From Candidatus Bathyarchaeota archaeon (GTDB lineage: Archaea; Thermoproteota; Bathyarchaeia; TCS64): 64,000 nt of DNA. Shown in pieces: positions 18,788-29,566 of this stretch. The stretch lies in NCBI GenBank assembly GCA_963769425.1, contig CAVYLP010000003.1:128001-192000 (forward strand), given 5' to 3'. Position 1 is the first letter of the stretch. Every line of letters starts with the position of its first letter. The position numbers were made by a program, and so were the translations under genes. The notes below the pieces were generated by a model. That model saw only the letters and a list, made by a program, of their open reading frames with translations, was not told where the DNA came from and did not search any database.

Positions 18788-20322
18788 CCGCCTTGGCGTA
18801 CCTAGTAGGCACGGACATCGGCACCCTCGGGACGAAGACCGTCGTCGTCGACGCCGAGGGGCACATCAAGGGCTCATCCTTCCTCGAGTACGGGGTGCTG
18901 ACCCCCAAGCAGGGCTGGGCCGAGCAATGGCCCGACGTCTGGGAGAAGGCGGCTCAGGCCTCAATCAAGACGGCTATAGAGAAGGCTAATATCAACCCGA
19001 AAGAGATAGCCGGGGCAGCGATCAGTAGCCTATACGGTGGCAGCGGTATCCCACTCGACAAACATATGAAGCCTATCCGCCCCTGTATAATCTGGGCGGA
19101 CCGCAGAGCCACAGACGAGTGTAAGTGGCTGCGTGACAACCTCGGGGCAGACGCCCTCTTCAGAGTCACCGGAAACGTCATCGACCCCTACTACGGCTAC
19201 ACGAAGATGCTCTGGATAAAGAACCGGGAACCCGACAACTGGGCGAAGATACACAGGTTCGAGACACCGAACGCCTACGTCATCAGGGGGCTTACGGGGG
19301 AGGAGAGCGTCGACTACAGCAGCGCCGGCAACTATGGCGGCCTCTTCGACATTCACAAGCGAGACTGGTCGGAGAAGATGATGGGCGAGCTAGGCGTCCC
19401 GAGGGAGTTCTTCCCCGAGAAGATCATAAGTTCCGAGGACGTCGTCGGCGAGGTCACGGCGAAGGCGTCGAAATCGACGGGGCTCCTGAAGGGCACCCCT
19501 GTCTGCGCCGGGGGGATCGACGCGAGCGTCAGTGCACTGGCGGGGGGAGCCATAGAGGACGGCGACCTAGCCTCGATGCTCGGCACCAGCATGTGCAACG
19601 GCTTCATCAGCCACACCCCTCGCCTCTCCCCGAGGATGATCAACTTCCCCTACGTCGTCAAGGGGCGCCAGTACACCTACGGCTTCACGGGCATCGCCAC
19701 CGCGGGCTTCAGCGTTCGCTGGTTCAGGGACGAGCTCGGGCAGAAGGAGAAAGAGGCCGAGAAGGCAACTGGCGTCGACGCCTACAAGCAGCTAGACGAG
19801 CTCGCCGCCAAGGTGCCGATAGGGAGCGATGACCTCGTCTTCCTACCCCACCTCATGGTGGGCGAACGCGCCCCCTACTGGGACGAGCACCTCCGAGGCG
19901 GATTCCTCGGCCTCAGCGTCTACCACAGCCGGGGACACATGTTCCGCAGCGTACTCGAGGGCGTCGCGTACGCGATGAGATATAGCCTCGAGGCCGCGTG
20001 GGAGACCGGCTTAAGGGTGAATAGGGCGACCCTCGTCGACGGTGGCGCACGAAGCCCGCTCTGGCGTCAGATAATCGCCGACGTCACCGGCGTCCCTATG
20101 AGCTACATACCCGGCGCCCAGGGAGCCCCTCTTGGAGATGCTATCCTCGCCGGCCTCGGAACCGGGGTGATAACTGACCACAAGGTCATCGAGAAGTGGA
20201 TACCAGAGAAGGTCCCGATGAAGCCGATCCCCGAGAACGTCAAGGCTTACCAGCACTTCTACGAGCTGTACAAGATCAGCCTCGAGGCGAGCCGCCCACT
20301 CTTCAGGGAGATGGCTGGCTAG
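18784..20322 (+). CDS. FGGY-family pentulose kinase (xylulo-/ribulokinase-like)
   Basis: GTDIGT, IIWADRRA, GERAPYWD, VLEGVAY, DGGARSPLWRQIIADV. Confidence 0.93.
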   Translation: MTALAYLVGTDIGTLGTKTVVVDAEGHIKGSSFLEYGVLTPKQGWAEQWPDVWEKAAQASIKTAIEKANINPKEIAGAAISSLYGGSGIPLDKHMKPIRPCIIWADRRATDECKWLRDNLGADALFRVTGNVIDPYYGYTKMLWIKNREPDNWAKIHRFETPNAYVIRGLTGEESVDYSSAGNYGGLFDIHKRDWSEKMMGELGVPREFFPEKIISSEDVVGEVTAKASKSTGLLKGTPVCAGGIDASVSALAGGAIEDGDLASMLGTSMCNGFISHTPRLSPRMINFPYVVKGRQYTYGFTGIATAGFSVRWFRDELGQKEKEAEKATGVDAYKQLDELAAKVPIGSDDLVFLPHLMVGERAPYWDEHLRGGFLGLSVYHSRGHMFRSVLEGVAYAMRYSLEAAWETGLRVNRATLVDGGARSPLWRQIIADVTGVPMSYIPGAQGAPLGDAILAGLGTGVITDHKVIEKWIPEKVPMKPIPENVKAYQHFYELYKISLEASRPLFREMAG

Positions 20323-20425
20323 ACCATCTCCAACCATAACCCTCTCGGATGATCCCTATTCATCTGGTGAATGGACTAAGAAATAGTCGCATACCTTGCT
20401 CTATTCCTCACCAAGCGTGAGAATC

Positions 20426-20650
20426 CTACCTTAGTCCCTCAAGCAGTTTTTTGAGGTACGAATAAAGTCTCTCCGTGAAGAGGATAGTACCTGCTAGAAG
20501 CCAGACCGTCGAATCCGCGACGTATAATATCCCAAAGCTCTCTGCTGAGTACACGACGTAGCTCCACGCATATTTTCCGCCGAGGATGAGGCAAACGACA
20601 CCTAGGAGGAGCTTGAATATCGAATACAGTAGCCGCTGCTCCTGGGCCAA
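20426..20650 (-). CDS. Small two-TM membrane protein
   Basis: Two hydrophobic segments, GGAGG RBS. Confidence 0.5.
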   Translation of the reverse strand: MAQEQRLLYSIFKLLLGVVCLILGGKYAWSYVVYSAESFGILYVADSTVWLLAGTILFTERLYSYLKKLLEGLR

Positions 20651-20738
20651 GAATACGCCTCCAATGGAGAGCCTCCACTTGAAGTGGAATATGGAGTGTG
20701 TAACCTGAGAAGAGGTTTAGCGGTAAAAGTGGAGGCGT

Positions 20739-21437
20739 CTAGAGGATGACGCGCGCGTCGACCGCGCGTGCGCCCTTCTCGTAGACGAGGATGGGGTTCA
20801 TGTCAAGCTCCTTGATCTCGGGGCACTCCATGAGCATCTTGCTGACGGAGAGGAGGGTGTTCACGATGGTCTCCTTGTCCGCCTTGGCGGTCCCGCGGGG
20901 GCCGTCGAGCATCTTCTTCGCCTTGATCTCGTCGAGCATCTCCCACGCGTCGTCCTTCGTGATCGGGGCGAGGCGGAAGCTGACGTCCTTGAGTATCTCG
21001 ACGAAGATGCCTCCGAGGCCGAACATGATGGTGGGACCGAAGGTGGGGTCGACGGTCGAGCCGATGATGATCTCTGTGCCTTTGGGGGCCATCTCCTGTA
21101 CGAGGATGCCCTCGATGACGGCTGCTGGCACATTCTTCTTGATGTTGGAGATGATCTTCTGGTAGCCCTCCCTGATGCCTTTCTCGTCGTTGACCCCAAC
21201 GATTACGCCCCCGGCGTCGCTCTTGTGGAGGACCTGAGGGGAGACGATCTTTAGGACTATCGGGTAGCCGATCTTCTTCGCCGCAGCGACGGCTGCGTCC
21301 TCGGTCTTCGCCACCTCGATCTTTGTGATTGGTATGCCGTAGAGGCCGCAGAGCATCTTAGCCTCGTGCTCGAAGAGGAAGTTTCTGTTCTCGGCCTTGG
21401 CGATCTGGAATATCTTGTCGATCTGTGGGTCCCTCAT
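20739..21437 (-). CDS. acdB: Acetate--CoA ligase (ADP-forming) beta subunit
   Basis: IGYPIVLKIVSPQVLHKSDAGGV, FGPTIMFGLGGIFVE, ELDMNP. Confidence 0.92.
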   Translation of the reverse strand: MRDPQIDKIFQIAKAENRNFLFEHEAKMLCGLYGIPITKIEVAKTEDAAVAAAKKIGYPIVLKIVSPQVLHKSDAGGVIVGVNDEKGIREGYQKIISNIKKNVPAAVIEGILVQEMAPKGTEIIIGSTVDPTFGPTIMFGLGGIFVEILKDVSFRLAPITKDDAWEMLDEIKAKKMLDGPRGTAKADKETIVNTLLSVSKMLMECPEIKELDMNPILVYEKGARAVDARVIL

Positions 21438-21498
21438 GTGGGCAACCTTCCTGAACGGATATGGGGTACCCCTTCCCCTTTTAAAAATATGGGGTGGC

Positions 21499-22822
21499 TC
21501 ACCGGATGGTCTTCTCTGCCGCCTTGAGGCCCTGCTCGAAGAGGGCGAGTAGCTCGTCTAGTTCCTCGCGCTTGGCGCAGAGGGGAGGGCCGATTTGTAT
21601 GTGGTCGCCGGCGGTGCCATCGATGGTGCCCGCACCGGGGTAGACGATTAGTCCGCGGTCCCAGCACTCCTTGAAGACGCGCTGGTTGAAGCCGAGCTTG
21701 GGGTCGAGGGGCTCTTTCGTCTTCTTGTCCTTGACGAACTCGATTCCGGCGAAGAGGCCGAGTCCGCGCACGTCGCCGACGGTCGGGTGGTCATATAGCT
21801 CCTTGAGCCTCTTCATGAGGTATTTACCGCCCTTGGCTGATTTCTCGACGAGGTTGTGTTTCTGGATGTAGTCGAGGCAGGCTGAGCCCGCGGCGCAGCA
21901 TAGGGCGTGGTTGCCGTATGTGTGGCCGTGGGCGAATGGGCCCTTGAATGTCTCGTAGACCTTGTCGCTTGCTATGACGGCGCCGAGGGGGAGGTAGCCG
22001 CTGCTGATGCCCTTCGCGGCGGTCATGATGTCAGGCTCAACGTCCCAGTGTTCGATGCCCCAGTTCTTTCCGGTACGTCCGCAGCCGGTCATAACCTCGT
22101 CTGCGATGAAGAGGACGCCGTGTTGGTTGCATATCTCTCGGATGAGCTGGAAGTAGCCCTTAGGGGCTGGAACAGTTCCGAGGGTGGCGCCGACGACAGG
22201 CTCGGCGATAAAGGCGCTGACGTACTCGGGGCCGGTTGCCTTGATCATGGTATCTAGTGCCCGGGCGCATTCGAGGTCGCAGTGGTCTGGGGTTTTCGTG
22301 TATGGGCAGCGGTAGCAGTAGGCGGCGGGTATGTGCGGGAAGTCGATGAGCATGGGTGCGAATCGGCGCCTCCTCCCGATGTGGCCGCTCATGCTGAGTG
22401 AGCCGAGGGTGTTGCCGTGGTAGCTCTGCCATCTGGCGATGACCTTGTAGCGGGTCTTGTCCCCGTTCTCGAGGTGGTACTGGCGCGCCATCTTGGCGGC
22501 GGCTTCGGTTGCCTCGCTTCCGCCGTTGCAGAAGAAGTTGTGCTTGAGGGTGCCGGGGCTGAAGGTGGCGAGCTTCTCGCTGAGCTCCTTGACGGCGTCC
22601 GCGACGAAGAAGCCGCTGTAGGCGAAGCTGACGGCGTCCATCTGGCGCTTTGATGGAGGCGTTTACCTCGTTTACGCCGTAGCCTATGTTGACGCAGAGG
22701 GGTCCTCCGCTCCCGTCTAGGTACTTCTTGCCGTCGGAGTCCCAGATGTAGACTCCCTTGCCCTTGACGAGTGTCGGGGTCTCTCCCGCTGCCCTCGAGA
22801 ATAGGTTGTGGTCTCTCGGCAT
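21499..22822 (-). CDS. Class III PLP aminotransferase; frameshift near 22646
   Basis: GKGVYIWDSDGKKYLDG, GGSEATE, SYHG, IADEVMTG, AAKGI; two ORFs join after removing one base. Confidence 0.9.
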
Positions 22823-22920
22823 GGTTGTTCTGTATTGTTTGTGTGTGGATGTTGGTTTAACACTAACGGGTGTCTGTGGCGTGCTACTGTGTATAACAAT
22901 TTTTATTTCTCTTCAGTGGC

Positions 22921-23230
22921 TTAAATGCCCATTTTGGGACATAATCAAGATAGTCGGCGCGTTATTTTAGCTTCTCCTGCTGGACGGGTCTGTTTTTAGG
23001 GATGGATGGGTTACCCACTCTCCACCTTTTTTTAATCCGATTTGGGGTACTAGAATGCGGAACAAGGGTTAAATGGTTTAAGTGGGTATTTTTACGCATA
23101 TTCGAGTCCAATCGGCGCGTTTTCTAAGCTCTTTTCGCTGGAAGAGGCTATTTTTTAGTTTGGATAGTTTACCTTACCCTACCTTTTTTGGGATTCGGCA
23201 CAGATTGGGCGCTCTTCTGGGGTAAGGTTG
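22921..23230. repeat. Diverged tandem duplication, period about 158 bp
   Basis: TCGGCGCGTT at 22954 and 23112, followed by colinear AGCT..GCTGGA, TTTTTAG, TGGAT, TTACC and ACCTTTTTT blocks. Confidence 0.7.
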
Positions 23231-23276
23231 ATAGGTACGATGTTCGTGTCTGCTGTCTTATTCGAGTTGGGTATGG

Positions 23277-24641
23277 ATGCTGCCGACCGCCGTCTTTTCC
23301 GTGGTCATCTTCGTCGGTACGCTGGTTTTGATGATCAAGCAGCCGAAGGGGATCAACCTGGGACTAGCCGCAGGGATCGGGGCGGCAGCGTCTCTTCTGC
23401 TCGGTACGGTCTCCGTCAGTGACGCCGTTGTGGCCTTCGGCAGCATCTGGGACGCTGCCCTCGCCTTCGTGGGAATAGTGACACTCTCCGTGACACTGGA
23501 CGTGATGGGCTTCTTTAAGTGGGCCGCGCTTAGGGTGGCGAGGCTAGCTAAGGGCAGCGGTGTGAAGCTCTACTTTTACATCGCCCTCCTCGCCGCAGCT
23601 GTCAGCATCCTCTTCGCAAACGACAGCGCCGTCCTCATCCTGACGCCCCTAGTGCTCGAGATTGTGCAGCAACTCAAACTGGAGATGAACGGTAAGATGG
23701 CATATCTCTTCGCTGCTGGGCTCATCGCTGACACGGCTGCGATGCCACTTATCACGAGTAACCCGGTGAACATCGTGAGCGCCGACTTTTTCGGTTACTC
23801 TTTTCTTGAGCACATGGTCTTCATGGCACCCATCGCCGTTGTCACAATTGCCCTCAGCCTCATCGTCGTCTTCCTCTACTTCCGTAACGCTATACCACGG
23901 AGCTACGACCCGGCACTCGTCGACACCCTCATAGTGGATGGTTCCGTTATTCAGCCTAGGCAGCTGAAGGTCAGCTTCGCGACACTATTCGTGATCGACG
24001 CGCTCTATGTAGTGGCGAGTCTGAGGGGAATACCCGTCAGTTTCGTGATCTTCGGGGGCGCCATGTTCCTACTAGGATTCTACGTCTTCACGATGCACCA
24101 CTCCCACATGCACGAGGAGGAGAAGCACGGCGTCACGTACATCCTGAGGCGAGTGAATTGGGACATCCTCGTCTTCATGGTAGGCATCCTGCTCGTGGTA
24201 CAGGGGCTAAAATCGGCTGGGGCGATCCAGTTCTATGCTGACGCCTTCGCCTGGTGCCTAACCCTCCCCTCCTTCCTCTCCACTCTAGTGCCAAGCCTCC
24301 TCGTGACGGTTAGTGCCAGCGCCATGAACAACTGGCCGATGACGATGCTGGGGCTCCTCAGCGTCCAGCAGTCAACCATAAGCCATGCGCTGACGGGGGC
24401 TGGGAGCACGGCCCTCATCTTCTCGAATATAATCGGGAACAACCTCGGCCCCCACTTCTTCCCCATAGGGAGCCTCGCTATTCTCATGTGGCTGAACACG
24501 ATGAAGCGGAAGGGGCTCAACATCAAGCTACGCGACTACCTCAGGGTAGGCTCGGTCCTATCAATCATTGAGGTGACGGCCGCCGCGGTCATACTCTGGG
24601 TCGAGATATACATCCTCCACTGGACCCTCGCGTTAGCCTAG
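23277..24641 (+). CDS. arsB: ArsB/NhaD-family arsenite or anion transporter
   Basis: FANDSAVLILTP, DTAAMPLITSNPVNIV, MNNWP, GPHFFPIGSLA. Confidence 0.85.
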   Translation: MLPTAVFSVVIFVGTLVLMIKQPKGINLGLAAGIGAAASLLLGTVSVSDAVVAFGSIWDAALAFVGIVTLSVTLDVMGFFKWAALRVARLAKGSGVKLYFYIALLAAAVSILFANDSAVLILTPLVLEIVQQLKLEMNGKMAYLFAAGLIADTAAMPLITSNPVNIVSADFFGYSFLEHMVFMAPIAVVTIALSLIVVFLYFRNAIPRSYDPALVDTLIVDGSVIQPRQLKVSFATLFVIDALYVVASLRGIPVSFVIFGGAMFLLGFYVFTMHHSHMHEEEKHGVTYILRRVNWDILVFMVGILLVVQGLKSAGAIQFYADAFAWCLTLPSFLSTLVPSLLVTVSASAMNNWPMTMLGLLSVQQSTISHALTGAGSTALIFSNIIGNNLGPHFFPIGSLAILMWLNTMKRKGLNIKLRDYLRVGSVLSIIEVTAAAVILWVEIYILHWTLALA

Positions 24642-24723
24642 GGCGTGTAGGTAAACGATAAATAAACGTAAAAAAAAGTAGACCTGTGCGCAGCCTTCGA
24701 CCCATTCTAGCAGCTAGGCTGGT

Positions 24724-25398
24724 ATGACCATGGGTGTAAAGGACTACTTCCGGGGGCTGAGGACGAAGTACGGGTACTTGTCTTCCAACAAGTTGTTCAT
24801 TCTCGGGGAAATAGTGCTTGTCCTCCTCGTGAACATATTTCGATATGCCGAGCCGTTCGGGACCCTGCTGATAGGCTGGTTCTCCCTCTGGTTCAGGGGC
24901 AAAACTTGGAGGGACGTCGGCCTCACGAACCCCAAGAGCTGGAAGCGGACCCTACTTACCTCCGCGGTCCTAATCGTCGTCGTGATTATTTTCTCGCAGG
25001 TCGTCTCGTACCTCGTCTACGACGTCATCGGGCAGTTCCCAGACACGAGTACCTTCGACATCCTGAAGGGGAACTACTACCTGCTCGCCTTCTTCCTTAT
25101 TGTGGCAGTGTCATGGGCCGGGTTCCCGGAGGAGCTGGCATACAGGGCGTACTTCTTCAACAGGTTGACGGACCTCTTCGGGGAGAGCAAGGCAGGGTAC
25201 GTCCTCAGCGCCGTGGCCTCGTCCGCACTGTTCGGCTACGCCCACTTCTACGAGGGACTCAACGCGGTGATATCCATCGCCCTGCTGAGCCTACTCTTCA
25301 TCTCCATCTACCTGATGAGCAAGAAGAACATCTGGTCCCTGATTATAATCCACTCGGTCTACGACATCTTCGGCTTCATCGTCTTCTTCCTGAGCTAG
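24724..25398 (+). CDS. CPBP (CAAX/Abi) intramembrane metalloprotease
   Basis: EELAYR, FGYAH, IIHSVYD. Confidence 0.88.
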   Translation: MTMGVKDYFRGLRTKYGYLSSNKLFILGEIVLVLLVNIFRYAEPFGTLLIGWFSLWFRGKTWRDVGLTNPKSWKRTLLTSAVLIVVVIIFSQVVSYLVYDVIGQFPDTSTFDILKGNYYLLAFFLIVAVSWAGFPEELAYRAYFFNRLTDLFGESKAGYVLSAVASSALFGYAHFYEGLNAVISIALLSLLFISIYLMSKKNIWSLIIIHSVYDIFGFIVFFLS

Positions 25399-25712
25399 TA
25401 CTTCTGCTGAAACTGCGCGTCGGACATGGTGAGGAATCTAATCCCCTCAACGAGGCCCAGGACGGCGGGGATTATCGTCCAGAAGAAGAAGAGGTAGACG
25501 ATGCCCTGAGTGTACTCCTTCAGGTAGAACTTATGGCCCCCGAATATGCCGAGCATAACGGCGATCAGCCCTGCCGTGACCCTGTCCTTGTGCTCGACAT
25601 AGAGTAGGTTCCTGGCACCGCAGACGGGGCAGAACCTTGAGCCTTTGGGAAACTGAGCGCTGCAGTTGAGGCAGTAGACCTTTTCTTCAGCGACTGGCTC
25701 TCCCTGAGACAT
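25395..25712 (-). CDS. Zinc-ribbon + TM2-domain membrane protein
   Basis: CLNC...FCPVCG; LGIFGGHKFYL; FFWTIIPA; start MSQGE. Confidence 0.88.
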   Translation of the reverse strand: MSQGEPVAEEKVYCLNCSAQFPKGSRFCPVCGARNLLYVEHKDRVTAGLIAVMLGIFGGHKFYLKEYTQGIVYLFFFWTIIPAVLGLVEGIRFLTMSDAQFQQKY

Positions 25713-25795
25713 CAATATTTCACTACGTTTTGGATGAATAAAATATCTTAGGGCAGCGGGCGTGACTTCGAGTCGGTGGTTAGGCAAAAGTAGGG

Positions 25796-26872
25796 TTAGA
25801 AGTACCTCTTCGCCCTGAGGTACTCGGCGGATTGGACCGCCCCGCCACCCGCGCCTTTGTCGAGGTTGTCGCTCGTGACGACGTAGGCTAGGCCGTTCTT
25901 GAAGACGGGGTCCTTCCTTAGCCGACCCACGAGGGTGACATCCCCGCCGTACTGTCTGTGTAGCTTAGGCTGTGGCATCTCGGGCTCGTCGAAGACCTTT
26001 ATCGTCTTCTCCGGCATCGAGGGGAGCTTTAGCTTCTGGGCCTCGCTCATGTAGCTCCTCATGGCCTCCTTCGCCTCCTCCGCGCTGCAGGGCTTCTTCG
26101 TGTCTACGTAGACGGCTTCAGTGTGCACTGTCTGGACGTGGACACGCGTGCAGGTGGCCCCGACGATTATGCCCGCGCCCTTGACTCCGTCACCCGACAG
26201 CTTGCCGAGTATCTTGTTCGTCTCCTTCTCCACCTTCCCCTCCTCCCCGTCGATGTAGGGGAGGACGTTCATCTCGACGCTCTTCCGGTAGGCGGAGTCG
26301 AGGCGCAGTCCCTTCTCGCCGGCCCCGCTGAGCGCCTGCTCCGAGACCACATGGATTGCGCGGACACCGTAAGAGTCCATGAGCGGCTTAAGGCTCACGA
26401 CGAGGCCGACGGTCGTGCAGTTCGGCCCCGGGCAGATGAAGCCCTCCCAGCCGCGTTTCTCCCTCTGCGTCTTGATCAGCTTTGCGTGCTTCGGGTTCAC
26501 GTCCGGCAACAGGATGGGCACATCAGGCTCGTATCGGTAGGCGGACGCCGTGCTTATCACGGGGACGTGCTCAGCGCAAACCTCGGCTCCTGTACCTTCG
26601 CCACATCGCTGGGCATCGCGCTGAAGGCGAGGTCGTATTCCTTCGGTGAAACCTTGTCTACGTTCAGCACCTTCATGGCGAGGACTTCGTCGCTGGGCGT
26701 CTTTTCGAAGAACCGGGCACCCTCTATCGCCTTCTCGTATGTCATCCCCGCCGACCTGCTCGACGCGGCGAGGGCTGACTAACTCGAACCAGGGATGGTT
26801 CGCAAGGGACTCGACAACGTTCTGACCGGCTGCGCCGGTCGCTCCGATTACTATTGCTCTCTGTTTCCTCAT
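25796..26872 (-). CDS. asd: Aspartate-semialdehyde dehydrogenase with two compensating frameshifts (about 26773 and 26573)
   Basis: GATGAAGQ, PNCTT, QALSGAG, TCTRV, NLDKGAGGG; the middle segment is in the alternate frame (track ORF 26557-26745). Confidence 0.9.
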   Translation of the reverse strand: MRKQRAIVIGATGAAGQNVVESLANHPWFELVSPRRVEQVGGDDIREGDRGCPVLRKDAQRRSPRHEGAERRQGFTEGIRPRLQRDAQRCGEGTGAEVCAEHVPVISTASAYRYEPDVPILLPDVNPKHAKLIKTQREKRGWEGFICPGPNCTTVGLVVSLKPLMDSYGVRAIHVVSEQALSGAGEKGLRLDSAYRKSVEMNVLPYIDGEEGKVEKETNKILGKLSGDGVKGAGIIVGATCTRVHVQTVHTEAVYVDTKKPCSAEEAKEAMRSYMSEAQKLKLPSMPEKTIKVFDEPEMPQPKLHRQYGGDVTLVGRLRKDPVFKNGLAYVVTSDNLDKGAGGGAVQSAEYLRAKRYF

Positions 26873-26877
26873 GTCAT

Positions 26878-28282
26878 TCACCCGAAGAACTCCTTGTAGA
26901 CCGCCGCGACCGCCAGTGGCACGTCGCCGTCGCTTACGCTGAATCTGATTATGTTCTCGCTGTTGGGCTGGGTCGCCTGCTCGATGTTCACGTCGTGCTC
27001 GGCAAGGGCGCCGGTGAGCCTGCTGAAGAAGCCCTTGACGCCCCGCATCTCTGACCCGATTACGCTAATGGTGCCCTTCGCCCCCTCGATGGGCTTGACC
27101 TCCATCGCGGATGGTAGTCCCCCGAGCGCTTTGAGTGCGACTTCCACGTCCTGCTTCGCGACGAGGAGGCTTATCTGGTAGCCCGAGGTGGACGCGTACC
27201 TGACATCGACACCCGCCGAGGCGAGGGCGCCGAAAAGCTCGGCGTAAACCTCGGTCGGTAGAACCGACTGGGTTGGCAGTATTCTAACACCGTAGAGGTT
27301 CCTCTGGAAACTCACGGCTTTGGGGTGGCCGCTGCCAGCCCCACCGTTTTCGGGGCCGATGACCGTCCCCTCGCCGCTGCTATCGATGCTCTTCAGCTGC
27401 AGCTTGATCCCGCCCCGCATTAGCGGGTCGAGGACCTTGAAGTGGACTATCTTCGTCCTCTCCTCCCGTGAGCAGCTCGGAGGCCTCGACGTAGCTGAGG
27501 TAGGGGATGAGCCCCGGCTTGGGGAGCTTCCCGACCTTGGACACCACCTCGGGTTTCTCCATCTCGGCGACGAACTTGGGGTCGAGGCTCATTATGCCCC
27601 CCTCGTCTACGAACTTGACGAGCCTCTTCACGCCGAGGCAATAGGCGAGGCACGCGGCGGTGTCGTCGGTGCCTCCGCGGCCGAAGATGGTTATGAGCCC
27701 CGAGCCGCTACGCCCCGCGAATCCAGCTATGACTGGGACAATGCCGTCCGCCACGCACGGCGCGAGAAGTTCCTCGACCCTGAGCCTGGTCCTGTCGAGG
27801 TTGACCGCCGCCTCCCTGTTGTTCTCGTCGGTGACGAGCAGGTCCTCCCCGTAGAAGCACCTGCTCCTGATGCCCCGCGCCTCGAGGTGGGCGGAGATGA
27901 GGCGCATGACGAAGTTCTCCCCCCTGCTAACCGTGTAGGCGTAGACGGAGTCCCCGAGCTCTCCCGAGGACCTCACGTAACTGAGGACGTGCTCGAGCTT
28001 CTCGAACTCCCTCCGTAGGGGTTCAGGGTCGGCGCCCGCTGGTAGGGAGGAGAGGTGCTCGGCCGCTAGGCCCTCGACGAAGGCCTCTCGGCTCGAACCC
28101 CGCCGTCCTGCACCTGGCTTAGCGCGTTTATGATCTTGTCCGTGACCCCCTTCATGGCGGAGACGACGCAGACCGGTAGGCTACCCGAGCCCATCTCGGA
28201 CTCGACGACGTCCGCTATCCTGCCCAGGTCCTCCTCGGCCCCGAAGAATGGAGCCACCTAGCTTCAATACGACGATGTCCAT
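26878..28282 (-). CDS. lysC: Aspartate kinase with ACT domains; several frameshifts
   Basis: VLKLGGS, VVSAMKGVTD, SRGE, VIAGF, FGRGGTD, LSYVEASEL and C-terminal ACT repeats, spread over several frames. Confidence 0.85.
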
Positions 28283-28295
28283 CACCGCCACCCCC

Positions 28296-29566
28296 TTACT
28301 CCCTCAGGAGCCTCCTGAGCGAGGCGGACATCGACGAGGTGTCGAGTCGCGTGGGCGCGTTGGCCCTTGGCGGCATGTATCCCCTTGAGCTTACCAGTGT
28401 GGTACCCCACCGTGGCGTCTGGGTCCTTCAGGAGGTTACCGGTGAGTACGCAGACGACGTCCTCGTCGTGCCTTTATGACGCCCGCCTCGACGAGTTTCC
28501 TCGCCCCGGCGACTGAGGCCGCGGACGCGGGCTCGCAGCCCACACCGCTACCGTCGACGACGGCCTTCGCCTCCATGATCTCGGCGTCGGAGACGACTTC
28601 GACGACGCCGTCCGTCTCCCTGATGACCCTGATGGCCTTCTCCCAGCTCACGGGGTTGCCGATCTTGATGGCGGTGGCCATCGTCTCGGGATGGAGGGAC
28701 TCGAGCTCCTCTCCGCCCCCCTTCCAGAGCTTGTAGAACGGTGCTGCGCCCTCAGCTTGGATGGACGCTATGCGTGGCACCTTCTCGATCCAGCCGAGCT
28801 CCACTAACTCCGCGATGGCCTTACCGAAGGCGCTGGTGTTCCCGAGGTTCCCCGCGGGGACAATTATCCAGTCTGGGGGTTCCCACCCACGCTGGTGGAG
28901 GAGTTCGAAGATTATCGTCTTCTGCCCCTCGATGCGCCATGGATTTATAGAGTTGAGTAGGTAGAGGCCGAGCTCCCTGCTCGCCTCCTGCACTATCCTC
29001 ATCGCGTCGTCGAAGCTGCCGGGGATCTGCACGACCTTTGAGCCGTAGGCGAGTGCCTGGCTCAGCTTCCCGTAGGCGATCTCCCCCTCGGGGATGAATA
29101 CTATCCCCTTTAGGCCTGCCTGGGCCGCGTATGCCGCCATCGAGGCGCTCGTGTTCCCCGTAGAGGCGCAGGCGACGGCCTTCGCCCCCTGACGTAGGGC
29201 CTCAGAGACGGCGACGGTCATCCCCCTGTCCTTGAAGCTCCCCGTTGGGTTCTCCCCCTCGTGCTTCATGGTGAGCCTCTCGACGCCGACGTACTCGGAG
29301 ACGACGCCGCGATGGTAGACGTTCGTGTTGCCCTCGGGGCGGGTGACTATGAGGCCCGCGGGTAGGCCGGGGTGGATGAGCTCCTTGTACCTCCACACCC
29401 CGCTGCTATAGGGTGCACCCATGGGGCAGAGGCGGGAGTCGACGACGCTCCTATCCCACTTGATCGGCTCGTGGACGACCTCCAGTAGGCCGCCGCACTC
29501 GCACCTGAAGACGCTGCCGGGCTCATACTCCCGAGCGCAGCGCACACACCTGAATTTGGAGGGCAT
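28296..29566 (-). CDS. thrC: Threonine synthase; frameshifted 3' end
   Basis: N-terminal CxxC ribbon, NPTGSFKDRG, ASTGNTSAS, PAGNLGN, EPASA; VCVLTGNLLKDP in the shifted frame. Confidence 0.93.
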
